DNA from: an uncultured Aliarcobacter sp.
GTDB lineage: Bacteria; Campylobacterota; Campylobacteria; Campylobacterales; Arcobacteraceae
Assembly (NCBI GenBank): GCA_963677435.1
Contig: OY781945.1
Coordinates: 384,001 to 448,000, forward strand
Length of the DNA: 64,000 nt
Direction of reading: 5' to 3'
The notes below the pieces were generated by a model that was given only the letters and a program-made list of their open reading frames with translations, was not told the DNA's origin and did not search any database. Each line of letters starts with the position of its first letter. Position 1 is the stretch's first letter. Position numbers and translations under genes: made by a program. Shown here one piece after another: positions 1-9,401 of the stretch.

Positions 1-114
1 TGTGTTGCAAGTTCTTTATTTATAGCACAATTAGTTAGGGACATGATAACAGAAATCTATCACTTATTTACGGGTGAAGAATTATTTGAAAAGGAGCCAG
101 AAGATGGGTGTTGA
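1..114 (+). CDS. 3' end of probable TRAP transporter small permease (DctQ-like), truncated by window edge
   Basis: Frame 1 is open from base 1 (CVASSLFIAQLVRDMITEIYHLFTGEELFEKEPEDGC*) to TGA at 112-114, overlapping the start of the large permease; the call rests on position. Confidence 0.6.
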   Translation, partial: CVASSLFIAQLVRDMITEIYHLFTGEELFEKEPEDGC

Positions 115-1426
115 ATTATTATCTATCGTTTTATTAGTTTGTATTTTAATTTTTTTCGCATTAGGTGCTCCTGTTGGATTAGCACTTGGTGGAATAGCTA
201 TGTTAATTGGTTATTTCACATGGGGAGATGGAATTTTTAATGTAATTCCAACTACAGTTGAATCAACATACTTTAGTTTTATTTTACTTTCAATTCCTTT
301 ATATATTTATATGGGACAACTCTTAACCCATTCAGGTATTGGTGATGCAATGTTTAGTGCAAGCCAAATGCTTATTGGAAAAGTTAGAGGTTCTTTAGCA
401 ATTAGTGTTGTATTTATCTGTTCAATGATTGGTGCAATGGTTGGTATTATTGGTGCTGGTATTATGAGTTCAGGAAGTATTGCTTTAAGACCAATGCTAG
501 AAGCTGGATATGATAGAAAACTAGCACTTGGAACAATTATGGCAGGTGGTGCATTAGGAATTCTAATTCCACCAAGTATTCCTATGATTATGTTTGCAGC
601 AGCTACACAAAATTCTGTTGGTAGAATGTTTTTAGGCGCTATGATTCCTGCATTATTAACAATTATTGTGTTAATTGCATATATTGTAATAAGTACAAGA
701 TTAAAACCTGAAAAAGCTCCTTTATTAAGTGAGAGATTTGAATTACCAGTTTTAACAGCAAAAGAAAAATTTAGAGTTGCAAGAGATGGTTTCTTTTCAA
801 TTGGTTTAATTTTTGTTGTTTTAGGAAGTATTATTACAGGTATTGCAACTCCAACTGAATCGGGTGCTTTAGGTGTTGCTGGTGCAATTCTTCTAGCAAT
901 TTTCTTTAAGCGTTTTAAACTAGATATGTTTAGAATGGTTGGAATGCAAACAGGTATATTAGTTAGTGTTGCAATGTGGATTATTTTAGGTGCATCTGTA
1001 TTTAGTAATTTCCATTTACTTATGGGTATTCAAGGGATTATTGCTGATTTTACACATGGATTAGATTTACCTCCAATTATGATTATTATCATGTTCCAAA
1101 TTATTATGCTACTTTTAGGATTTATTATTGATGAATTCATTATTGTATTAATGTGTGCTCCATTATTTACTCCTATTGCTGTTTCATTAGGGTATGACCC
1201 TATTTGGTTTGGGGTATTAATGATTATTAATATTTTAATAGCTGTACAAACACCACCATATGGTTTTGCATTATTTTATATAAAAGGTATTGCACCAGCT
1301 GATGTTAGTATGGGTGAAATTTATAAATCAGTTACTCCATTTATTTTAGTAAATTTATCAATACTTATTATTTGTATGCTTTTCCCAGAAATTATTCTGT
1401 GGTTACCTACAAAAGTCATGGGTTAA
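104..1426 (+). CDS. TRAP transporter large permease (DctM family)
   Basis: Hydrophobic protein with GALGILIPPSIPMI, GIATPTESGALG and QTPPYGFALF DctM motifs; ATG at 104 follows AAGGAG (91-96). Confidence 0.92.
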   Translation: MGVELLSIVLLVCILIFFALGAPVGLALGGIAMLIGYFTWGDGIFNVIPTTVESTYFSFILLSIPLYIYMGQLLTHSGIGDAMFSASQMLIGKVRGSLAISVVFICSMIGAMVGIIGAGIMSSGSIALRPMLEAGYDRKLALGTIMAGGALGILIPPSIPMIMFAAATQNSVGRMFLGAMIPALLTIIVLIAYIVISTRLKPEKAPLLSERFELPVLTAKEKFRVARDGFFSIGLIFVVLGSIITGIATPTESGALGVAGAILLAIFFKRFKLDMFRMVGMQTGILVSVAMWIILGASVFSNFHLLMGIQGIIADFTHGLDLPPIMIIIMFQIIMLLLGFIIDEFIIVLMCAPLFTPIAVSLGYDPIWFGVLMIINILIAVQTPPYGFALFYIKGIAPADVSMGEIYKSVTPFILVNLSILIICMLFPEIILWLPTKVMG

Positions 1427-1438
1427 AGGAAATCAAAA

Positions 1439-1882
1439 ATGTTTAAAAATATTTTAGTGCCTATTCATTTAGACTATAAAAAAAACCATAAAAAGTTATT
1501 TACAGGTGCATTAGAAGTTCTAAATAAAGAAGATAGTAAAATGACTTTATTATATGTTAATGAAAATCGTGTACATACTTCAGCTAATACTATCTTAGAT
1601 GAAAAAAATCAAGTTGATTATAATGCTGAAGCTTTAGATAAATTAAAGAAAATTGCTACAGAGTATTCATTACCATTAGAAAAAATCTCATTTAAGATAA
1701 AAAATGGTTCTGTTCACCAAGAAATTCTTGAAGAAGCAAAAAAAGTTGATGCGGATGCAATTGTAATGATGGCAACTAAACCGGGATTAGGTAGCTACTT
1801 TATTAGTAGTACAGCTGAAAGAGTTATTCGTCACGCGAAATGTTCAGTATTTGTTATACGACTTAATAATGATAATAATTAA
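1439..1882 (+). CDS. Universal stress protein (UspA family, TRAP-associated, TeaD-like position)
   Basis: MFKNILVPI N-terminus and C-terminal SSTAERVIRHAKCSVFVIR USP motif. Confidence 0.88.
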   Translation: MFKNILVPIHLDYKKNHKKLFTGALEVLNKEDSKMTLLYVNENRVHTSANTILDEKNQVDYNAEALDKLKKIATEYSLPLEKISFKIKNGSVHQEILEEAKKVDADAIVMMATKPGLGSYFISSTAERVIRHAKCSVFVIRLNNDNN

Positions 1883-1912
1883 TTTAATATAAAAAATTGA
1901 AAGGTAAAGAAG

Positions 1913-3304
1913 ATGAGTACAATAGAAGTAACGTCACCATTTGATGGAAAAGTAGTAGGGACAGTAAAATTCAGTACATATGAAGAAGTGGAGAGCGCAA
2001 TAGATTTAGCACATGCTACTTTTTTAGATACAGCAAACTGGATGCCAAGATATAAAAGAGTTGAGATTTTAGAGAATGTAATGAAAATAATGTCTTCTCA
2101 AGTAGAAGAACTTACAATTCTTTGCGCAAGTGAAGGTGGTAAACCATATATTGATTCTAAAGTTGAAATTTTAAGAGCTATAAATGGTATAAAAATTGCT
2201 ATTGAACACCTAAGTGTATATGAAGGTAAAGAAGTAGCAATGGGACATACAAATACAAGCGCAAATAGAATGGCTTATACTTTTAAAGAACCAATTGGTG
2301 TAGTTGCAGCAATTTCAGCTTTTAATCACCCTTTTAACCTAGCAGTTCATCAAGTAATTCCAGCACTTGCAGTTGGATGCCCAGTAATTATCAGACCAGC
2401 AACTCAAACTCCAATGAGTGCAATTAGATTAGTAGAAATTCTTGAAGAAGCAGGACTTCCAAAAGGATGGGCACAAGCAATCGTTTGTGATAGAAAAGGT
2501 GGTGAACTATTAGCAACATCTCCAAAAACAAACTTCCTAACATTTATAGGTTCAGGACCAGTTGGTTGGTACTTAAACTCAAAAGTAAGCCCAGGTACAA
2601 GAGTAGCTCTTGAACATGGTGGAGTAGCCCCTGTAATTGTAGAACCAGATGCAGATATTGAAGATATGATTCCAGCACTTGCTAAAGGTGGATTCTACCA
2701 TGCAGGTCAAGTTTGTGTTTCTGTTCAAAGAATTTATGTTCATGAATCAATCTTCGATACTGTAGCAAATAAATTAGCAGCAGTAGCTTCAAAATTAATA
2801 GTTGGTGACCAATTAGATCCAAAAACAGAAGTTGGACCACTAATTAATAATGATGAAGTAAATAGAGTAGAAGAATGGGTAAATGACGCAGTTGCAAAAG
2901 GTGCAACAATCCTAACAGGTGGGAAAAGAATAAGTGCTTCTTGCTTTGAACCAACTGTAATTTTAAATCCTTCAGATGATGCAATCGTTTCACAAAAAGA
3001 GATATTTGGACCAGTAGTTTGTATTTACTCTTATAAAACATTTGATGAAGCAATAGCTAAAGCAAATTCACTAGAAGTGTCTTTCCAAGCAGCAGTGTTT
3101 ACAAAAAATATAGACTCAGCATTAAAAGCAGTAAAAAGATTAAACGCAACAGCAGTAATGGTAAATGATCATACAGCATTTAGAGTAGATTGGATGCCGT
3201 TTGGAGGAGCAAGAGTTTCTGGTCTTGGAATGGGTGGAATACCATATTCAATGGAAGAGATGAGTAATGAAAAAATGATGGTAATCAAATCACCAGTATT
3301 ATAA
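1913..3304 (+). CDS. NAD(P)-dependent aldehyde dehydrogenase
   Basis: AISAFNHP, FIGSG, LEHGG (catalytic Glu), AGQVCVS (catalytic Cys), KEIFGPV. Confidence 0.93.
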   Translation: MSTIEVTSPFDGKVVGTVKFSTYEEVESAIDLAHATFLDTANWMPRYKRVEILENVMKIMSSQVEELTILCASEGGKPYIDSKVEILRAINGIKIAIEHLSVYEGKEVAMGHTNTSANRMAYTFKEPIGVVAAISAFNHPFNLAVHQVIPALAVGCPVIIRPATQTPMSAIRLVEILEEAGLPKGWAQAIVCDRKGGELLATSPKTNFLTFIGSGPVGWYLNSKVSPGTRVALEHGGVAPVIVEPDADIEDMIPALAKGGFYHAGQVCVSVQRIYVHESIFDTVANKLAAVASKLIVGDQLDPKTEVGPLINNDEVNRVEEWVNDAVAKGATILTGGKRISASCFEPTVILNPSDDAIVSQKEIFGPVVCIYSYKTFDEAIAKANSLEVSFQAAVFTKNIDSALKAVKRLNATAVMVNDHTAFRVDWMPFGGARVSGLGMGGIPYSMEEMSNEKMMVIKSPVL

Positions 3305-3329
3305 TAATTAGAAATCAGAAGAAATAAAT

Positions 3330-3362
3330 AAAAGCTAAGGTATAAATGCCTTAGCTTTTTTT
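3330..3362 (+). terminator. Rho-independent terminator
   Basis: aaaagctaagg...ccttagctttt stem followed by a T run, just after the ALDH stop. Confidence 0.85.
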
Positions 3363-3384
3363 ATTTAAAAAATTAGGAATTATA

Positions 3385-4032
3385 ATGACTTGGAACGAAA
3401 TAATAGACAACGAAAAACAAAAACCTTACTTTAAAACTTTAAGTGAACAAATAGATAAAAAATATGAAAATAGCGTAGTCTTCCCAGAAAAAGAGAATAT
3501 CTTTAAAGCTTTTTCACTTACAAAACTTGACGACTTAAAAGTAGTTATTTTAGGACAAGACCCATATCATGGTTTTGGACAAGCTCAAGGATTATCATTT
3601 TCAACTCCAAAAGAGATAAAAAATCCACCTTCAATGGTAAATATTTTAAAAGAGATAAAAGAGGATTTACAAAAAGATTCTTTTTGTCTTGATGGAGATT
3701 TAACTTCATGGGCAAAAGATGGCGTTTTATTATTAAACACTATTCTAACAGTGGAAGAATCAAAACCAAAATCACATCATAATCTTGGTTGGGAAATATT
3801 CACAGACAATATAATCAAATATATAAATGACAATAAAGAAAATATAGTCTTTTTACTTTGGGGCGCACCTGCAATTTCTAAATCAAAACTAATTGATGCA
3901 AATAAACATCATATTTTAAGTGCTCCACATCCAAGTCCACTCTCTTCATATCGAGGTTTTTTTGGTTGTAAACATTTTTCAAAAACAAATGAGATATTAA
4001 AAAGTTTAGGCAAAAAAGAGATTAATTGGTAA
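3385..4032 (+). CDS. ung: Uracil-DNA glycosylase family 1
   Basis: GQDPYH, VLLLN, LWG and HPSPLS motifs. Confidence 0.97.
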   Translation: MTWNEIIDNEKQKPYFKTLSEQIDKKYENSVVFPEKENIFKAFSLTKLDDLKVVILGQDPYHGFGQAQGLSFSTPKEIKNPPSMVNILKEIKEDLQKDSFCLDGDLTSWAKDGVLLLNTILTVEESKPKSHHNLGWEIFTDNIIKYINDNKENIVFLLWGAPAISKSKLIDANKHHILSAPHPSPLSSYRGFFGCKHFSKTNEILKSLGKKEINW

Positions 4033-4380
4033 TCAATCAAAGATTTTTAAAATCCTTGATTTGATTTTTCCTAAAGATAGTTTTATTGCAGAATATTTCA
4101 TAATTTTAGCAATATCTTTCCATTGCTTTTTTTCATAACATGGATTTGGACACTTCCTGCATCTAGGTTTTATCTCATGTGGACAAGATTGAAGTTTTAA
4201 AAATGAATAGTTTATAACTTCTTGGCACGGTTTACATAAATCTAATTTCAAAGTATAAGTTTTTGATTTATACTCAAGATAAATTTCTTTTAATTCTTGA
4301 TTTTTATGTTTATCTTTGCAATAGATTTCACAAAAGTTTTTTAAAGTATTTATCTCTATTTCAAATTTTTCATAAGTCAT
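4033..4380 (-). CDS. YgbA-family (nitrous-oxide-stimulated promoter) Cys-rich protein
   Basis: YCKDKH...CKPC...CPHEIKPRCRKCPNPCY...IMKYS pattern; start moved to ATG at 4380 (MTYEKF). Confidence 0.8.
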   Translation of the reverse strand: MTYEKFEIEINTLKNFCEIYCKDKHKNQELKEIYLEYKSKTYTLKLDLCKPCQEVINYSFLKLQSCPHEIKPRCRKCPNPCYEKKQWKDIAKIMKYSAIKLSLGKIKSRILKIFD

Positions 4381-4466
4381 ATTTTCACTTCTTTTCAAAA
4401 TCAGGATTGTTTTTATCCTATTTAACTTTAGATTCAATATTTTTGCATAAAATACAAAATTATATA

Positions 4467-4480
4467 TTGATGTCAATCAA
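4467..4480. promoter_or_regulatory. Fnr/Dnr/NssR-type binding box
   Basis: Perfect TTGAT-gtca-ATCAA between the divergent ygbA-like and Crp/Fnr genes. Confidence 0.8.
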
Positions 4481-4495
4481 TAAAAGGAAGAAATT

Positions 4496-5143
4496 ATGGA
4501 AAAAACAGGATTAGAAGATTTCAATTTTTTTAGTTTCTTAAAAGAAGAAGACCTTCTTCGATTAAAAGAGATAAGCATAAAAAAATATTTTAATAAAAAT
4601 GAAATACTTTTTTATAAAGGTGACGAAGCAAAATATCTACATTTATTAATAAAAGGTGTAGCAAAACTTTATACTTATGATACAAAAGACAACGAAGTAA
4701 TCATTCATAATCTTATGGCACCATCTTTAATAGCAGAAATTGTAAATTATGAAGAGATGAGATTTCCAGCAAATTGTTCATTTGAAACAAGAGCTGAAGT
4801 ATTATTAATTGATTATGGAAAGTTCAAAAAAGAGTTTTTACTAAAGCCAGAAATTTCAATGTTTTTTATAAAATCTCTAACAAAAAAGATAAAAGCACTA
4901 GAGAGTTTCCTAAACTATAATATCAGCTCAAATAGCTTAGAAAAAATAGCAAAATTTTTATTTGAAAATGAATCAATTTTAATAAATCTAAAACAAGTAA
5001 AAATCGCACAAATCTTAAATATTACACCCGAAACTTTCTCAAGAAAATTAGCAAAGCTAAAAAAAGAAAACATTATTCAAAATGAAAAAGGTTATATAAA
5101 AATTTTAAATCATGAAAGATTAAAAGATTATATTAGTAATTAG
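4496..5143 (+). CDS. Crp/Fnr-family regulator (Dnr/NssR/HcpR-like, no FNR Cys cluster)
   Basis: cNMP-binding domain (LFYKGDEA...GVAKLY) and HTH IAQILNITPETFSRKL. Confidence 0.9.
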   Translation: MEKTGLEDFNFFSFLKEEDLLRLKEISIKKYFNKNEILFYKGDEAKYLHLLIKGVAKLYTYDTKDNEVIIHNLMAPSLIAEIVNYEEMRFPANCSFETRAEVLLIDYGKFKKEFLLKPEISMFFIKSLTKKIKALESFLNYNISSNSLEKIAKFLFENESILINLKQVKIAQILNITPETFSRKLAKLKKENIIQNEKGYIKILNHERLKDYISN

Positions 5144-5267
5144 AATAAATTTAAACCAACAATATAATTTCTAATAACAAATAAACATAATCAAATGAAA
5201 TTCTGAAAAGTAAAGAACTGTGACACCACATGTGACATATTTTCAATATAATTTATTCTAATTTTCC

Positions 5268-5407
5268 CTTGTCCTAATGTCTTCGTTGGGAATGCATATA
5301 AAAAAGTAAGATAAATTGAAATAGTATTTTACTAAAAGTATTCATTCCCAAGCTATATATATTTGCTGTATCTTAGTTATTTCACTGTCTCTAGAGCTTG
5401 GGAACGA
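5268..5407. repeat. REP-like composite palindrome with an interrupted right copy
   Basis: ttgggaatgcata (5286-5298) pairs with tattcattcccaa (5339-5351, 1 mismatch); ttcccaagct (5345-5354) pairs perfectly with agcttgggaa (5395-5404). Confidence 0.6.
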
Positions 5408-5455
5408 AACTAAAAGAATTGGAAGAAGAATTTAGATGAAAATGAAGGAACAAAA

Positions 5456-5797
5456 ATGAGAAGAAAAGTTGTAATTCTGATGTTAGTATTATTAACATCA
5501 CTGAGTTTGAATGCTCAAAGTGAAGAAAAAACATTAACTCTTGTAAAAGAGAATCATGCTGAATTATTTTTTAATGGAATTAAATATATATTAGATAGCT
5601 ATATTGTAATGTTTGAAAATCCTTATTATATTACTATTGAACGAGAAGATAAAGAAAAAATAGATTATCAAGAAGCGATAGATATATCAATGGATTATAT
5701 TAAGCCAAGAGGTTGTACTTCTCCATTAGAACGACTTCCTAATTTAGATAAACACAATGAAAATAAAACAAAATGGACAATAGGAATATCTTGTTAG
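5456..5797 (+). CDS. Hypothetical exported protein
   Basis: AAGGA RBS, Sec-type signal (MRRKVVILMLVLLTSLSLNA), two C-terminal Cys. Confidence 0.75.
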   Translation: MRRKVVILMLVLLTSLSLNAQSEEKTLTLVKENHAELFFNGIKYILDSYIVMFENPYYITIEREDKEKIDYQEAIDISMDYIKPRGCTSPLERLPNLDKHNENKTKWTIGISC

Positions 5798-5927
5798 TAA
5801 ATTGAGAATACAACTTCAATCCCAAATAGTAAGAGAAATAAAGCGAGATTTGTAAAATGTGTTTAAGTACTTTCTTTCATTCTTTACATCCTGAGGCTGT
5901 GAAAGAAACTAAATCATTATTTTAGCT

Positions 5928-6239
5928 TTGACTAATGAGGAAATAAAGATAGTGATTAAATTAACAATTCCCATTACGATTTTTCTATTAATATTTTTCT
6001 ATAGAGTGTATTTCTACTACACACAAACAAAAAGTAAATCATATGTATTTTCTATAATAAAAAAAGATATAAAGAATTTATTGTTTGGATTTATTGTTGT
6101 TTTTACACTTTATTGGATAGTAGATAAATATGAAAAAGCAACAAATCTAGAAAATATGCCTAAACAAGAATTTGATAAGAAACTTTATCTTCCATTAACG
6201 GATAAAGAAAAAGAAGTTTTTAATAAAGAAAAAAGATAG
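5928..6239 (+). CDS. Hypothetical 2-TM membrane protein
   Basis: TTG-start ORF with two hydrophobic segments; no clear RBS. Confidence 0.5.
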   Translation: MTNEEIKIVIKLTIPITIFLLIFFYRVYFYYTQTKSKSYVFSIIKKDIKNLLFGFIVVFTLYWIVDKYEKATNLENMPKQEFDKKLYLPLTDKEKEVFNKEKR

Positions 6240-6271
6240 GAAACTTATTATCTCTATGTTTTCTTAATTTA

Positions 6272-6688
6272 TTATACTTCCTTCTCATCCTGAATAGATT
6301 TTCTCAACTCTTTTAAAAGTCTAAAGGTATTATTTTTATTGATTTTATCAAGTTGAATTAATATATAAGCAACAATAAAAGCATTAAGATTTAACAAGGC
6401 TTCACTAAATGGCAAATAGATAAAAATCACTCCAATAAATAAAATAAAAATTGGGTTTAGTAATTTAATTAAGTGTTGAGCCTTTAAAGCTTTTTGCTCA
6501 TACTCTTTTTCATTATCTTTTATATATGAAATATCAGTTGTTGTTAAAGACTTTTCATCATTTAATATTGATAATTTATCTATAACAGATAATTGTTTTT
6601 TATGCATTAAAGATTTAAAAATTAAAACTAATACTAACAATATTGAAATTATGTTCGAAATTACTTCTGTTGGGATTTCATTTATCAT
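6272..6688 (-). CDS. Hypothetical membrane protein
   Basis: 138-aa ORF with about 3 hydrophobic segments and an AAGG upstream. Confidence 0.7.
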   Translation of the reverse strand: MINEIPTEVISNIISILLVLVLIFKSLMHKKQLSVIDKLSILNDEKSLTTTDISYIKDNEKEYEQKALKAQHLIKLLNPIFILFIGVIFIYLPFSEALLNLNAFIVAYILIQLDKINKNNTFRLLKELRKSIQDEKEV

Positions 6689-6827
6689 TTCTTTGCCTTT
6701 TTGTGATTATCTACTTTTATTATATAGAAGTGTTTATTTGATTTAGATTTTAAATTTTATTTTATAGCTAAATAATATTTAAATTAATTTAGTTATAATT
6801 AATTAAATTATTTTAAAAGGAGTGAAG

Positions 6828-7181
6828 ATGAAAAAAATAGTTGCATTATTGATGTTGTGTTGTTCTTTTTTGTTTGCAGCAATGAATTTGCAAACTGCTA
6901 CAAAAGAAGAGTTAATGGGTATAAAAGGAATTGGTGAGAAAAAAGCTGAGCAAATCATCGAGTATAGAAAAACAAATACTATAAAATCTCCTGAGGATTT
7001 AAAAAATATCAAAGGTTTTGGAGATAGTATTGTCGGAAATGTGAAAAATACAGATTCAACAACAAAAGAGAAAATAAACAAAAAAGTTGAAACAAAAAAA
7101 GAAGAGAAGAAAAAAGAGTTAACAAATAAAATAGATAAAAAAATAGAAAATACTACAAAATCTATACTACCAAAATCATAA
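6828..7181 (+). CDS. comEA: ComEA-family helix-hairpin-helix DNA-binding protein
   Basis: Signal peptide, MNLQTATKEEL..IKGIGEKKAEQIIEYR..IKGFG, Lys/Glu-rich tail; AGGAG RBS. Confidence 0.88.
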   Translation: MKKIVALLMLCCSFLFAAMNLQTATKEELMGIKGIGEKKAEQIIEYRKTNTIKSPEDLKNIKGFGDSIVGNVKNTDSTTKEKINKKVETKKEEKKKELTNKIDKKIENTTKSILPKS

Positions 7182-7210
7182 TCTAAATGGGGCTTCCCCT
7201 TTAGATTTTT
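7180..7210 (+). terminator. Rho-independent terminator
   Basis: aatctaaatgggg-ctt-cccctttagatt stem with T tail. Confidence 0.7.
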
Positions 7211-7253
7211 ACTTCATTTATGATAGAATCCTAAAAACTATAAAAGGTCTATC

Positions 7254-7670
7254 TTGAAGCTTTCACCAAATGATGTTTGTCCTTGTGGTTCATTAAAAAA
7301 ATATAAGAAATGCTGCAAGCCTTTCCACGATAAAATTACTTTTGCAAAAACTGCACTTGAACTTATGAAATCAAGATTTTCTGCATTTGCTACACAAAAT
7401 TCTAAATACATTATTTTTACTACTCACAACAAAAATTCTGATTTTTCAGATGATTTAAAATCTTGGGAAGAAGATATTTTGAACTTTTCAAAAAATACAA
7501 AATTTGAGAAATTAGATATTCTAGATTTTATTGAGGGTGAACTTGAAAGTTTTGTAACTTTTAAAGCTACTTTGTTTCAAGATAATAGAGATGTTAGTTT
7601 CATAGAAAAAAGCAGATTCCTAAAAGTTGATGGGAAGTGGCAATATGTTGATGGACAATTTATAGATTAA
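7254..7670 (+). CDS. ychJ: YchJ family SEC-C metal-binding protein
   Basis: CPCGSLKKYKKCC, ALELMKSRFSAF, EKSRF...WQYVDG. Confidence 0.9.
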   Translation: MKLSPNDVCPCGSLKKYKKCCKPFHDKITFAKTALELMKSRFSAFATQNSKYIIFTTHNKNSDFSDDLKSWEEDILNFSKNTKFEKLDILDFIEGELESFVTFKATLFQDNRDVSFIEKSRFLKVDGKWQYVDGQFID

Positions 7671-7678
7671 GGATAAAA

Positions 7679-8419
7679 ATGAAAATACTATTTTCACCAA
7701 GTGAGACAAAAATAGCAGGTGGAGAGGAAACTTCATTTGATAAAAACAGTTTTATATTTCCAGAACTATATGAAAAAAGAATGGAAATTGTAAAACAATA
7801 TAATGAATTTATTTTAACTGCCTCAAAAGAAGAGTTAATAAAACTTTTTGGAACAAAAAAAGAGGATGTTTTAGAGCAATATTCAAAGGATTTATTCAAA
7901 ACTCCTACAATGAAAGTTATTCAAAGATACGATGGAGTTGCTTTTGATTATTTAGAGTATTCAAAATTAGCTAAAAATGAACAAGATTATATTGATGAAA
8001 ATGTAATAATATTTTCAAATCTTTTTGGAGCTTTAAAAGCAGGGGATAGCGGACTTCCAGATTATAAACTAAAACAAGGTGAAACTTTTAATGGTTTAAA
8101 AATAGAGAAGTTTTATAATGATAAATTTTCAAAAGCTTTGGATGAATATTTAAAAGATGAAGATATTATTGATTTAAGAGCTGGATTTTATGAGAAGTTT
8201 TACAAAATAGAAAAACCATATACAACAATGAAATTTATAAAAGATGGAAAAGTTGTAAGTCATTGGGCAAAGGCTTATCGTGGAATTATTTTAAAATTAA
8301 TTGCGAGAAGTAATATAAAAACCATAGATGAGCTGATGAATATGCAAATTGAAAATCTAAAGATAGAAGAGATTAAAAAACAAAAACTTAAAACAGAAAT
8401 AGTTTATTCAATAATTTAA
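7679..8419 (+). CDS. yaaA: YaaA-family peroxide stress protein
   Basis: ILFSPSETK, RYDGVAFDYL, SHWAKAYRG. Confidence 0.85.
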   Translation: MKILFSPSETKIAGGEETSFDKNSFIFPELYEKRMEIVKQYNEFILTASKEELIKLFGTKKEDVLEQYSKDLFKTPTMKVIQRYDGVAFDYLEYSKLAKNEQDYIDENVIIFSNLFGALKAGDSGLPDYKLKQGETFNGLKIEKFYNDKFSKALDEYLKDEDIIDLRAGFYEKFYKIEKPYTTMKFIKDGKVVSHWAKAYRGIILKLIARSNIKTIDELMNMQIENLKIEEIKKQKLKTEIVYSII

Positions 8420-8429
8420 AGGTTTATTT

Positions 8430-9401
8430 ATGTCAAACAAAAAATCAGTGGAAGCTTTTGTACTTGATAAGAATGGTGGAGCAAAAGAGTTAAGTTATTC
8501 AGAACTTAATAATTTTGATAGAACCGATAAAATTTTATGGGTACATTTTGATTATTCAAGTATTGAAGCAAAAGATTGGATTACTAATAAAAGTAATATT
8601 AATTCAGTAGCTATTGATGCTCTTTTAACAGAAGAAACAAGACCTAGAACAACAGCTTTAGGGGATGCTTTACTAATTGCATTAAGAGGTGTGAATTTAA
8701 ATCCAAATTCAAAACCTGAAGATATGATTTCAATTAGATTGTATATTTCACCAAATATGATAATAAGTACAAGAAAAAGAAACCTTTTATCTATCAGTGA
8801 AATAATTGATGATTTAAGAAATGGAAATGGACCAAAAAGTTCTTCAGAATTTTTAGTACAATTAACTCTAAAAGTAACTGATAGAATGGATAATGTAATA
8901 GATGAAATACAAGATAGAACGGATTATTTAGAAGAAAATCTTATTGAATCAACTGATGTGGAAATTAGAAGTGAAATATTATCTATAAGAAGAGAAACAA
9001 TAATTTTAAAAAGATATTTAAATCCACAAAAAGAAGCTTTAATTAAACTATATAATGAAAAGATATCTTGGATTGATGAATATCAAAGAATAGAGCTAAG
9101 AGAAACAAATGACCAACTTATGAGACATATTGAGGAACTTGATACAATAAGAGATAAAGTAATTCTAATTCAAGAAGAGTTAGCAAATAGCATGAGTGAA
9201 CAAATGAATAGAAAAATGTATGTATTATCTATAATTTCAGCAATTTTTTTACCACTTACTTTCTTGACAGGACTTCTAGGTATAAATATAGGTGGAATTC
9301 CTGGGGCAAAAGATGATAATGCTTTTTATGTTTTTTCTTTCCTTTTGGTAGTTCTTGTAACAATTCAGTTTTTTATTTTCAAAAGAAAAAATTGGATTTA
9401 A
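8430..9401 (+). CDS. zntB: ZntB/CorA-family divalent cation transporter
   Basis: EETRPR, LRGVNLNP, FLPLTFLTGLLGINIGGIPG. Confidence 0.88.
   Translation: MSNKKSVEAFVLDKNGGAKELSYSELNNFDRTDKILWVHFDYSSIEAKDWITNKSNINSVAIDALLTEETRPRTTALGDALLIALRGVNLNPNSKPEDMISIRLYISPNMIISTRKRNLLSISEIIDDLRNGNGPKSSSEFLVQLTLKVTDRMDNVIDEIQDRTDYLEENLIESTDVEIRSEILSIRRETIILKRYLNPQKEALIKLYNEKISWIDEYQRIELRETNDQLMRHIEELDTIRDKVILIQEELANSMSEQMNRKMYVLSIISAIFLPLTFLTGLLGINIGGIPGAKDDNAFYVFSFLLVVLVTIQFFIFKRKNWI

Noticed and set aside
5144..6272. Integron cassette array or CRISPR remnant
   Set aside because: No convincing RYYYAAC...GTTRRRY attC boundaries, no integrase or cas gene, and no regularly spaced identical repeats
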